A stretch of 43,738 bases of DNA from a virus. The notes beneath the pieces were generated by a model. It was not told where the DNA came from and did no database searches. It saw only the letters and a list, made by a program, of their open reading frames with translations. Where the stretch lies: positions 1 to 43,738 of the IMG/VR virus record IMGVR_UViG_3300038701_001717. The stretch is one strand, 5' to 3'. The position numbers and the translations under genes were made by a program. Below are positions 34,520 through 42,785 of this stretch, one piece after another (within the stretch, counting starts at the first letter, position 1; every line of letters starts with the position of its first letter).

Positions 34520-34719
34520 TTAAATCAAAAGAAGGAATTTTAGTTTTGTGGGATGAGTCCTGTTATCCAATGACTGTGGAGCAAGCAGAGAAAGAAATGA
34601 TTATCAAATATCTTCAGCTCTGTGAAGGTAACAAGACCATAGCTGCAAAGATACTGGGGATGAGCCTAAAGACTCTTTACAACAAATTGCACCAATACGG
34701 AATGATGGAGAAGCGATGA
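34516..34719 (+). CDS. Fis-type (HTH_8) DNA-binding protein
   Basis: 67 aa. MIIKYLQLCEGNKTIAAKILGMSLKTLYNKLHQYG matches the Fis/NtrC C-terminal HTH. Confidence 0.7.
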   Translation: MIKSKEGILVLWDESCYPMTVEQAEKEMIIKYLQLCEGNKTIAAKILGMSLKTLYNKLHQYGMMEKR

Positions 34720-34871
34720 CATTTTTACTTATAGGAATAGCCATTTTTAGCTTTGTAATGGGGTTTATGTTTCACATAGGAATCCTGTTTGACCAGAACA
34801 ATTTCGATGAATTTTGCAGATACAGACTACAATCAATTGAACGACAGAAACAAAAAAGGAGAAAGAAATGA
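34716..34871 (+). CDS. Small membrane peptide (51 aa, below the track cutoff)
   Basis: ATGA overlaps at both ends. Translation is MTFLLIGIAIFSFVMGFMFHIGILFDQNNFDEFCRYRLQSIERQKQKRRKK. Confidence 0.5.
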   Translation: MTFLLIGIAIFSFVMGFMFHIGILFDQNNFDEFCRYRLQSIERQKQKRRKK

Positions 34872-35416
34872 ATAAGAGATCACGATTTAAAAAGAAGCAG
34901 AGCAAAGTTGGTGCTGCCATAGTATTATGGCTAATGGTTTTATGGATTGTATTCTCATTCATAATGATGAGCTGCACTCCGACCCATGATGGGGAGCCAA
35001 CACCAAATCAAAAGACTGCCATATTGGTAGAGGGTCTTTTTAGCCACGAATCTGGCTATGTGAGAGATCATTGGAAGCCTTACCTAGAGGAGAAAGGGTT
35101 CTTTGTTTACAGTGAGCCATGGACAACTAAGAGGCCAATAAAATCGGATCTCTGCGCTTGCCACTCTCTTGGAGGTGGATCTTGCATCACTAAGTTCGTT
35201 GACTGCAAAGTTTTAATCACCTTTGATGCCAGATCTTCAAAAGGAGATATATTTTCTAAACTATATACTTCACCAGGAGGAACTCACTTCAATTTCTATC
35301 AGAAGAAAAGCTTTAGAGGTTGGGAGATTCCAGGCGCTTTAAATATTGAACTAAAGGTAGGTCACACAGAGATGCCAAAAGCTGGTCTTGATTGGATGAA
35401 GGAGAACATCAAATGA
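34868..35416 (+). CDS. Secreted or lipid-anchored minimal alpha/beta-hydrolase (esterase/lipase-like)
   Basis: 182 aa. Basic N-terminus, then hydrophobic AAIVLWLMVLWIVFSFIMMSC. Nucleophile elbow CHSLGG. Candidate Asp in TFDARS and His in VGHTEM. Confidence 0.55.
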   Translation: MNKRSRFKKKQSKVGAAIVLWLMVLWIVFSFIMMSCTPTHDGEPTPNQKTAILVEGLFSHESGYVRDHWKPYLEEKGFFVYSEPWTTKRPIKSDLCACHSLGGGSCITKFVDCKVLITFDARSSKGDIFSKLYTSPGGTHFNFYQKKSFRGWEIPGALNIELKVGHTEMPKAGLDWMKENIK

Positions 35417-35718
35417 ATATCCGTCATATTAAAGACTCATGGATTCCAAAGAAATTGGGGGTGACTGCGATCACCATTTTCCCATTTATCTTTTATGCTG
35501 AATCAAAGCCATCCTATGAAACTCAGGCCCATGAAATGATCCATATTGAGCAAGTGAGAAAGATCGGATGGATTCGTTTTTATTTGTCTTATTTGCTGTT
35601 TTATATTGCGTTCAGACTGATGACGTTTGACCATAAAGATTCACACGATAAGTCTTATTACTCCATACCTTATGAAGCAGAGGCTTATCACAACCATAAT
35701 GAAGAACCTAGGGGGTAA
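35413..35718 (+). CDS. Membrane-associated HExxH protein
   Basis: ATG at 35413 in an ATGA overlap. LGVTAITIFPFIFYAES...AHEMIHIEQVRKIGWIRFYLSYLLFYIAF. Confidence 0.5.
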   Translation: MNIRHIKDSWIPKKLGVTAITIFPFIFYAESKPSYETQAHEMIHIEQVRKIGWIRFYLSYLLFYIAFRLMTFDHKDSHDKSYYSIPYEAEAYHNHNEEPRG

Positions 35719-35722
35719 AATA

Positions 35723-35809
35723 ATGAATGATGGTATGGATGTTCTTGGTGTTTTGTCGGCGATGGCAGTCATCTTATGGATAATAAACTTTATAATTGAG
35801 TTAATTTAA
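35723..35809 (+). CDS. Possible 28-aa membrane peptide
   Basis: Translation is MNDGMDVLGVLSAMAVILWIINFIIELI. Short, with a weak RBS (GGGGG). Confidence 0.3.
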   Translation: MNDGMDVLGVLSAMAVILWIINFIIELI

Positions 35810-35820
35810 CGGGAGTAAAT

Positions 35821-36204
35821 ATGAAAAAACTAATAATAGGAATTGATTTTGATGGGACTGTGGTGCAACACGCCTATCCTGAGATTGGAGAGCCAATTGA
35901 GGGAGCCATTGAAACAATCAAACGATTACAAGATTGTGGTCACAAAATAATCCTTTACACAATGAGATCAAGGGACACACTTGCTCATGCCGTTCAATAT
36001 TTGTCGGATCATGGGATCAATCTCTATGGGGTTAATCACAACAAAGCACAACACCACTGGACAGAGAGCCCAAAAGTTTATTGTCACATATACATTGATG
36101 ATGCAGCCGTGGGTTGTCCACTTCACTTTCCTGAAGGAAATGAACGTCCATTCGTAAATTGGAATAGAGTAACAGAGGAACTTATATCAAGGGGAGCACT
36201 GTAA
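35821..36204 (+). CDS. HAD-superfamily phosphatase-like protein
   Basis: 127 aa. IIGIDFDGTVV is the DxDxT motif I, followed by ILYTMRS (motif II-like Thr/Ser) and YIDDAA. Confidence 0.6.
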   Translation: MKKLIIGIDFDGTVVQHAYPEIGEPIEGAIETIKRLQDCGHKIILYTMRSRDTLAHAVQYLSDHGINLYGVNHNKAQHHWTESPKVYCHIYIDDAAVGCPLHFPEGNERPFVNWNRVTEELISRGAL

Positions 36205-36582
36205 TTGTTTAATTTTGAAAGGGCGAAAAAGGATTTCATGTATTTTTGTGGATTCTTTTTTGCTGAAAGCTTAACACCAGAACAGAAACAAATAGCTAAG
36301 GAGTTTTATATGAGTAAATTAGATCAAGAGCTTGCTTCAAAGCTCACAAAAATGAACAAAGGCAAGAAAGATCCAGACATCGGGAACAAGAGAGAGGATC
36401 TCGCAAACCTTAAGAAAATAGCTTGGGAAACTCGTAGAGTGGTCGAAGTGGGGCACAACACTCCTAGTGGAAGAGTTGTTTCTTATGAGACAACAAGTGA
36501 TGTCCATGAGTGGCTTAATCAAGAGTTCAAAAAGCTAGCTAGAGCTCAAGCTCGACAAGCTAAAAAAAAGGCTAAATTATGA
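36205..36582 (+). CDS. Hypothetical protein (start uncertain: TTG 36205 or ATG 36310)
   Basis: The ATG at 36310 has a strong AAGGAG RBS. The TTG at 36205 abuts the upstream stop, with GGGGAG 9 nt upstream. Confidence 0.5.
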   Translation: MFNFERAKKDFMYFCGFFFAESLTPEQKQIAKEFYMSKLDQELASKLTKMNKGKKDPDIGNKREDLANLKKIAWETRRVVEVGHNTPSGRVVSYETTSDVHEWLNQEFKKLARAQARQAKKKAKL

Positions 36583-36824
36583 AAACCAAATTTAAGGATC
36601 AAACAATAAATTTGGGAAGGGTGAAAGAGATTGGTCCAATCCAAGAAGGAAAATTCAATGTCTATGCTGGAAAGACTTACAGCTTCACCGTTCATTTTAA
36701 AACAGAGTATCTCAACCAAGTACCAATCAAAGAGCCACTACATTTTTGTTCCAACAATGAGCAGGCTTTAAAGGATGATAGAATGGAGCTTATTGAGAAA
36801 TTCAACTTTTGGAGGATTCATTGA
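36579..36824 (+). CDS. Small hypothetical protein
   Basis: 81 aa. ATGA overlap. Confidence 0.55.
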   Translation: MKTKFKDQTINLGRVKEIGPIQEGKFNVYAGKTYSFTVHFKTEYLNQVPIKEPLHFCSNNEQALKDDRMELIEKFNFWRIH

Positions 36825-37201
36825 GCGAAGAAAAGAAAGATTCAGACAGGCCCAGTAATGGGTCTTTATACACTAGCATGACAAAAGATTTGGCCAGAGC
36901 TCACTCAACTTTTGAGGGATTCCACGAAATGTGTCGCATGGCTTCTGCCAATCCATTTATTATGATTATGGCTTCATTTACTGTGACAAAGGAGCTGCAA
37001 GCCTCTTTCCCAGAGCTTTACGAGCTTTGTGAGAAGGTTCAGGAAACAATAGATCAGGGACCAGGACTCTTTGGAGATCCGAAGCTTAGGGACCAGTTAT
37101 TAGATTTTGCTGGACAAAGGCATGATCTACTTACGAGAATTGCAGAAAAGCATGGGGTTAAGATTGAAAAAGAGTCGAAACTCATTTTGTTAAACAAGTA
37201 A
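36809..37201 (+). CDS. Hypothetical protein
   Basis: 130 aa. Non-ATG start, at TTG 36809 or TTG 36821. Confidence 0.5.
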   Translation: MEDSLSEEKKDSDRPSNGSLYTSMTKDLARAHSTFEGFHEMCRMASANPFIMIMASFTVTKELQASFPELYELCEKVQETIDQGPGLFGDPKLRDQLLDFAGQRHDLLTRIAEKHGVKIEKESKLILLNK

Positions 37202-37226
37202 AATTGCAGACCAAACGGGAGGAATT

Positions 37227-37631
37227 ATGCAAAAAAATAAAGAAGTAAAATTAACAGAAGATCAAGAACAAAGAATCGAGGATGCCCTTGATTGTTTGGA
37301 CGCTCTTAACGCTAAGGACTTGGATGAGAAATTCCAAGCTCAGTTTGATAACTGTTGTAAAAAAATGAAAGAAGCTCAAGAAGCTCAGAGCTTTGATAAG
37401 TTTGAAAAAGTAGAAGACAAAATTCTCGCTCTCCACAGAGCTGTCTTTGCTAGTAATGTAGACACTGGAAAAAACGAAGAAGAGAAGGAACCAGTAAGCC
37501 CAAATGGGAGTGAAGAAACGGGAGCTCCAACGTCTGAGGACACAACGGACTCTGGTTCCAATGATGATTTAAACCCTGGTGGCACCGCCCCAGAAACTTC
37601 GGATGATGCCTCCGATAATACTGACTCATAG
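37227..37631 (+). CDS. Strongly acidic small protein (DNA-mimic-like composition)
   Basis: 134 aa, with roughly 40 Asp/Glu against about 16 Lys/Arg by eye. Preceded by AAACGGGAGG and followed by a strong terminator. Confidence 0.65.
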   Translation: MQKNKEVKLTEDQEQRIEDALDCLDALNAKDLDEKFQAQFDNCCKKMKEAQEAQSFDKFEKVEDKILALHRAVFASNVDTGKNEEEKEPVSPNGSEETGAPTSEDTTDSGSNDDLNPGGTAPETSDDASDNTDS

Positions 37632-37645
37632 TCACTGGGTTTTGA

Positions 37646-37675
37646 GGGGGGACATGGACGTTCCCCCTTTTTTTT
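37646..37675 (+). terminator. Rho-independent terminator
   Basis: GGGGGA-catggacgt-TCCCCC followed by T8. Confidence 0.8.
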
Positions 37676-37685
37676 AGGAGGAAAA

Positions 37686-37922
37686 ATGGAATTCAATTTA
37701 GAAACCCGCATTTGTATATCACTCAAATGCACCAAAACTTTCAGAACAATGCCAGACAGTCCCTCAGTTTATTGCTGTGAGGATTGCAAATATATAAGCG
37801 GCGGGAAGAAGAAGTCCCTCGCAGAAGTAAAACGACGACATGGAAGACACGTTAAAGCATCACTCAAATCCAAGAACCAAGGAGTAGGTAATGGCAAGAG
37901 ATACATCGGCAAAAGCTTATAA
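37686..37922 (+). CDS. Small basic Cys-rich (zinc-ribbon-like) protein
   Basis: 78 aa. RBS TAGGAGG. CISLKCTKTF...YCCEDCKY. Confidence 0.6.
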   Translation: MEFNLETRICISLKCTKTFRTMPDSPSVYCCEDCKYISGGKKKSLAEVKRRHGRHVKASLKSKNQGVGNGKRYIGKSL

Positions 37923-38160
37923 TTCAATTTATCCAAAATTAGGTGAAAAACAAAAAGACGTTCTGCGGGTAATCCGTAGACATCCAAGAGGGATCGCTCT
38001 CTTTGAACTACCCGACCAACTTGGTTGGCCCATCAATTCCATTTCAGGAAGAATCACAGAACTATCAGAAAAGAAACTCATTGAAATCTGCGGTGAGAAG
38101 GTGAATCCCCACACTGGAAGAAAAGCTAAACTCTGGCGAACTATTAAAACGGCTTATTAG
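37891..38160 (+). CDS. Winged-helix (MarR-like) DNA-binding protein
   Basis: 89 aa. RBS AAGGAG. QKDVLRVIRRHPRGIALFELPDQLGWPINSISGRITELSEKKLIE. Confidence 0.6.
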   Translation: MARDTSAKAYNSIYPKLGEKQKDVLRVIRRHPRGIALFELPDQLGWPINSISGRITELSEKKLIEICGEKVNPHTGRKAKLWRTIKTAY

Positions 38161-38164
38161 AGAA

Positions 38165-38214
38165 GTGGAAAGACAGCTCAAACAATTTTGATGAGGGGTC
38201 TGAGCTGCCTCCAC
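38165..38214 (+). promoter_or_regulatory. Long imperfect hairpin upstream of the sigma-factor gene
   Basis: GTGGaaAGaCAGCTCA, then a 20-nt loop, then TGAGCTGcCTCCAC (about 13 bp paired). No T-tract follows. Confidence 0.4.
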
Positions 38215-38274
38215 TAAGTGCAAGTAGATAAAATCTTCTTACGCTCGACAATAGTTTTGCGGGAGTAATTGGAT

Positions 38275-39060
38275 ATGGCAAGCTCTAAGAAGCCAACACT
38301 TGACGAAGTGCTGGAGTATGCTGAGCCCAACATAAAGAATTTCATATCGAAAGAGGCCAAGGGGCTGCCTTTCGAGCAAATTGAAGAGATTCTACAGGAA
38401 GGGCTCATCAGAATAATAAAAGCTTACGAAGGTCTTGATCCTGATAAGGGTTGGAAGACTTTTGTATATCAACACGCCAGAGGCGCGGTCCTTGACTACT
38501 TGAAAGGTGGTCATGGATTCACAGAGGAAAGGTGGTCGATAGCAAAACCTGAAGAACATGATTCACGAAACGTCAGCAAAATGAGGAATAGACTCGGATT
38601 GGTGAACGAAAAAGGTGAGGATATGTCCGTCGATTTTGTCCTGGGGATAAACGGCGAGTTTGATGAGTTTGTGGACAAGCTCAAAATAAACTGGGATCTG
38701 GTGTCTCGGTTGGCTTTTAATGACATTGGAGTGAATGTTTTTGCTCGGCACATACAGGGATTTTCAATAGAAGAAATCTCCCACCGATTAAGGCTCTCAA
38801 GAGCTCGCATTGGCCAAGTATTAGATGAGTTCATTTCTAGGTTTGACGATCCCAATTGGACATGGAATCCACGTTTTCAACAAATTTGCTATGCTTTCGG
38901 GCTCTCAGAGCTCCTGGGTTATCCACCAGAAGATAATGGAAAAGGCTGGTCTTTTGAGCCAGTGAATGTTTTCGATACGACGCCACTCCCACCGGAGGAA
39001 GATCAACAACTGAGTTTCTTAGTTTTAATCGAGGATGGGGATGGCAAAGAAGAAGAGTAA
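38275..39060 (+). CDS. Sigma-70-family RNA polymerase sigma factor (regions 2 and 4) with an acidic C-terminal tail
   Basis: ATG at 38275 (the track TTG at 38269 is an alternative). EGLIRIIKAYEGLDPDKGWKTFVYQHARGAVLDYL is region 2. GFSIEEISHRLRLSRARIGQVLDEFISRF is region 4.2. Confidence 0.8.
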   Translation: MASSKKPTLDEVLEYAEPNIKNFISKEAKGLPFEQIEEILQEGLIRIIKAYEGLDPDKGWKTFVYQHARGAVLDYLKGGHGFTEERWSIAKPEEHDSRNVSKMRNRLGLVNEKGEDMSVDFVLGINGEFDEFVDKLKINWDLVSRLAFNDIGVNVFARHIQGFSIEEISHRLRLSRARIGQVLDEFISRFDDPNWTWNPRFQQICYAFGLSELLGYPPEDNGKGWSFEPVNVFDTTPLPPEEDQQLSFLVLIEDGDGKEEE

Positions 39061-39733
39061 AAAGAAGGCCACAAAAAAGACAGCTAAAAAAGCTACTGTG
39101 AAAAAACCACAGAAGAAGGTCCTTACTCAACTTCAAGAGAATTTCTTGAGAGAATATGTTGTTATTCGTAACGCCACTCAAGCAGCCAAGCGAGCTGGTG
39201 TAAAAGGTAACAATCTCAAACAGCGTGGCCACCAGATTCTCCACGACCCTTTAGTACAAGAAAAATTAAAAGAGTTCACCCAGAAGAAGTGGAATGAAAG
39301 AACAGTGGCTTTTGACCGGATGCTGGATCGACTTGAGTTCCTTGCTTGTGATGATTTTGAAGAAGCTGACATCACAGATATTTTGAAGTGGGACGAACAT
39401 GACAATATAAACATGACCAAATATGAGGATCTATCCCCACAAGCTAGAAGGTCCATAAAGGCCCTCAAACAAGTCATTTCCAAATCTGGGGATAAGGGTG
39501 TCGCTGTTGAAATGAGGGACACAGGACAAGCCCTGGCGGCCATGAAGATGTTTGCTGATTACATTGGCCTCAAAGAATACATGAAAGAAATGAAAGCAAC
39601 GGAGAAGGAGCTGGATGAGAGAGTTAGACAAGGCTCTCGTGAAAGAGCTAAATCAACTAGAATGGGACGACTTCTTGAAAATGCTCGACTCTACAAAGAG
39701 CGAGCAGGATCAAAACGATCTGATAATTCATAG
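39035..39733 (+). CDS. terS: Terminase small subunit (Terminase_2-like)
   Basis: LTQLQENFLREYVVIRNATQAAKRAGVKGNNLKQRGHQILHDPLVQEKL. Start at ATG 39035 or ATG 39041. Confidence 0.75.
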   Translation: MGMAKKKSKKKATKKTAKKATVKKPQKKVLTQLQENFLREYVVIRNATQAAKRAGVKGNNLKQRGHQILHDPLVQEKLKEFTQKKWNERTVAFDRMLDRLEFLACDDFEEADITDILKWDEHDNINMTKYEDLSPQARRSIKALKQVISKSGDKGVAVEMRDTGQALAAMKMFADYIGLKEYMKEMKATEKELDERVRQGSRERAKSTRMGRLLENARLYKERAGSKRSDNS

Positions 39734-41273
39734 GTGCGCGGAGGATATTAGAGGCTTCGCAATTCTCTTTTTCCCCCACTATTGCACAAGGAAATTTAAT
39801 GTTTTTCACGAAGAGAGTTTTGAGAACTATCAATGGAATGAGAGAGACGTTCGACGGGTTCGCGCTGCACCTCGTGGAGCGGCAAAGTCTACGCTCGCCT
39901 GTCTCATTAAGCCGATTCACGATGTCTGCTATGACCTGGAAAAATTCATCGTTGTCATATCAGCAACAACTGCGCTGGCAAATAAAAAGCTCAAGAATGT
40001 TCGGCAGGAGATACAGTTCAATCCTTTTTTGGCTGATGTATATGGAACTCATTTTCCAACTAAAAAGCCTGGTGCACAGGAATTTGAAGCCCACTCAGAC
40101 ATATCTTCAACATACTTTGTGGCGTTGGGAAAGGGGTCTGCAGTTCGAGGGATCTCTATTGGACAGTACAGACCCACTAAACTTGTACTCGATGATGTCG
40201 AAGACGCAAGAGAAGTTCTCAATGAGATGCTTAGGCAGAAAGATAATGATTGGTTCTTTGAGGATGTTCTTAAAGCTGGTGACACTGGTACAAACGTGGA
40301 CTTCGTCGGAACAGTACTTCACCCCGAATCTTTACTAAAAAAGCTCCTCCAGAATCCTAGATATGATGTGAAGCCCGTTTATCAGTCCATAATGAGATGG
40401 TCAGAGCGTGAAGATCTCTGGGAAAAGTGGCGGGAGATCTATAGAGACATTGACCTTCCTGATCGAGCAGCCAAGGCCCAAGCCTTCTATTCAATGAATA
40501 AAGACGAAATGATTAAAAACACTTTAGTCATGTGGCCTGAAAAAGAGTCCTATCTGGATCTTATGATTGAGATGGAAGAGATTGGCCGCCGAGCTTTTAT
40601 GAAAGAGAAGCAGAATGATCCTGTTGGTTCAAATGACACGATCTTTGAGAACTTTCATTGGTACAGAGAAGAAGAAGATGGACTAAGAATCGAGAGTAAT
40701 GGAGCTCTGATTCTTTGGAAAGAGTTGTTTCCTGTTGGTGCGATTGATCCTGCTACTGGACAAAATGGATCGAAAGTTCAAAAGGGAAAACTGCCGGATT
40801 ACACTTGTATTCCCGTGGGGTTCAAAGACATGAAAAAACGTCTTTTTGTTCACCACGATTTTACAAAAAGGGTGTCGCCGTCGAAGGCTATTACAGAGAT
40901 TTTTAATCTCTACGACAAGTATGAGTTTGAGAAATTTGCCGTAGAGACAAATTTATTCAGAAACTTGCTGCTTCCTAACATCAGGGATGAGCAGAGGCGC
41001 AGGGAGAAGAAGACAGGTAAGAACTTTAAAATATCGTTTTATGATGTGGTTCAAACGGAGAATAAACACGAGCGGATCTATAGAATGGAACCGAAAGTGA
41101 ATCATGGCTGGATATTATTCAACAGAGCATTGAGTGCTCCTTTTAAGAATATGTTCAGAGATTTTCCATTTGCAGATCACGACGATGCACCGGATGCAGT
41201 CGAGATCATGTGGAACTTAATTCATAACCGATACAAACCATCGGCAATGAACGTCAGTGCGATGAACAGGTGA
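39615..41273 (+). CDS. terL: Terminase large subunit
   Basis: 552 aa. Walker A-like RAAPRGAAKST, then LVLDDVED (Walker B-like). The C-terminal nuclease half includes DHDDAPDA. The ATG at 39615 has an AAGGAG RBS. ATG 39681 is an alternative. Confidence 0.85.
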   Translation: MRELDKALVKELNQLEWDDFLKMLDSTKSEQDQNDLIIHRCAEDIRGFAILFFPHYCTRKFNVFHEESFENYQWNERDVRRVRAAPRGAAKSTLACLIKPIHDVCYDLEKFIVVISATTALANKKLKNVRQEIQFNPFLADVYGTHFPTKKPGAQEFEAHSDISSTYFVALGKGSAVRGISIGQYRPTKLVLDDVEDAREVLNEMLRQKDNDWFFEDVLKAGDTGTNVDFVGTVLHPESLLKKLLQNPRYDVKPVYQSIMRWSEREDLWEKWREIYRDIDLPDRAAKAQAFYSMNKDEMIKNTLVMWPEKESYLDLMIEMEEIGRRAFMKEKQNDPVGSNDTIFENFHWYREEEDGLRIESNGALILWKELFPVGAIDPATGQNGSKVQKGKLPDYTCIPVGFKDMKKRLFVHHDFTKRVSPSKAITEIFNLYDKYEFEKFAVETNLFRNLLLPNIRDEQRRREKKTGKNFKISFYDVVQTENKHERIYRMEPKVNHGWILFNRALSAPFKNMFRDFPFADHDDAPDAVEIMWNLIHNRYKPSAMNVSAMNR

Positions 41274-41300
41274 TTCGCAAAGGACAAGTGAGGAAAGAAT

Positions 41301-42785
41301 ATGTTTGGTTGGAGTAATAAGAAAAAGGGTGGCTATAAAAGGAGTCGTTCTGGCCAAAGGCAAAAGAACAATCTTGGTATTATTGGTCTACCTAATGAAA
41401 AGAAAAAGCTTAAGTTCAGAGATGAGAGGCTGGATCTTCTTGATTCTTATTATGAGAACACTCAGTACGATGATTTAATGGAGTGGAGTGAAGAATGTTA
41501 TAGTGATGGAACTTTCATTCCTGTACGTCAAAGATGCCCAAGAATTAAAGCTCCTATTGCAAAAATGATGTGCTCAAGACTTACATCAATGATGATTGGT
41601 GGATCTGCTTTCCCAGATACTCCTATTGCTGATATGCCAGATGAGCAAGAGTTCATTAATGCTGTTGTCAGAGAATCTCATGTTAAGTTCAGAATTTTAG
41701 AGCCGTTCAGAAGAATGTTGAATACTGGATCAGTTTTTATTCGATTCTACCTATCCGGTGGAACAATGAAAGTGGAGCACTTTCTCTCAAAATACTGTTA
41801 CCCCACTTTTGATGATTCCGATCAGCTTGAAAAAGTCATTGTGAAATATGTCTTTGAAGATCCTGAAGAACTGGATAAAGACGGAAACTTCAAAAAGAAG
41901 TGGTTCAAGATGGAGCTCAATAAGATGAGCGAAATCATGTATGACAATCCAGACTTCGATCCTGACGCAAAGGATGAGCCTGAGTTCACAGTAGTTGCCC
42001 AGGTTGACCACGAGCTAGGGTTTGTTCAAGGAACTTGGTTCAGGACCTCTGAGGATCGACACAGTCCTGATGGTTATTCCATGATAGCTGACTGTTTAGA
42101 TTTCATTGATGAAATGTGCTATTCGATGTCCCAGAGCTCCACTGCTGTTGAATACAATCAAGATCCACAGCTTGCCTTTAGCTCAATGGATAGTGAGGAA
42201 CTTGAGAAAGTGATCCGATCAGCGGCTAAGTCTTGGAACCTTGGAAGAGAAGGAAAAGCCGAGTTCCTAGAGTCCAATCTCAGTGGTGTTGAAAAAGCAA
42301 TAGAGCTTCGAGACAAATTCCGTCAGAACATTCAGGACTTCATGCGAATCCTATTGATGGACCCTGAGAAGATTGTTGGGAACGCTCAGAGTGCAAAAGC
42401 AATGGAAGTTCTTCATGGCCCCATGGTGGATCTTGTTCGGGAACTTCGTGGAGTTATCGAGCCACAATTGAAAGAGCTTCTAATAAAAATGGAAGTAGTA
42501 CTTCTCCATGCCAATGAGAAAGGGATGGATCTTCCTTTTGATATTCCTCCAGGTTGGAGACCTCAAACAATAGTTTTCAGTATCAAGTGGAAACCAATAT
42601 TTCCTGAGACAGTTGCAGATCAACAAGCAAGGGTCAGTCTTGCAGTGAGTGCTAAGAACGCAGGACTTCTTTCTCGTGAAACAGCTCTTAAGAATGTCGC
42701 TGATATTTTTGGAGTGGAAGACATCGAACTTGAAATGCAAATGGTTGATGATGACCCAGTAACCAATCCATTTGGAGGATTTTAG
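41301..42785 (+). CDS. Portal protein
   Basis: 494 aa. Lies immediately after the large terminase and upstream of the MuF-like gene. Size and acidic helical composition are portal-like. Confidence 0.75.
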   Translation: MFGWSNKKKGGYKRSRSGQRQKNNLGIIGLPNEKKKLKFRDERLDLLDSYYENTQYDDLMEWSEECYSDGTFIPVRQRCPRIKAPIAKMMCSRLTSMMIGGSAFPDTPIADMPDEQEFINAVVRESHVKFRILEPFRRMLNTGSVFIRFYLSGGTMKVEHFLSKYCYPTFDDSDQLEKVIVKYVFEDPEELDKDGNFKKKWFKMELNKMSEIMYDNPDFDPDAKDEPEFTVVAQVDHELGFVQGTWFRTSEDRHSPDGYSMIADCLDFIDEMCYSMSQSSTAVEYNQDPQLAFSSMDSEELEKVIRSAAKSWNLGREGKAEFLESNLSGVEKAIELRDKFRQNIQDFMRILLMDPEKIVGNAQSAKAMEVLHGPMVDLVRELRGVIEPQLKELLIKMEVVLLHANEKGMDLPFDIPPGWRPQTIVFSIKWKPIFPETVADQQARVSLAVSAKNAGLLSRETALKNVADIFGVEDIELEMQMVDDDPVTNPFGGF

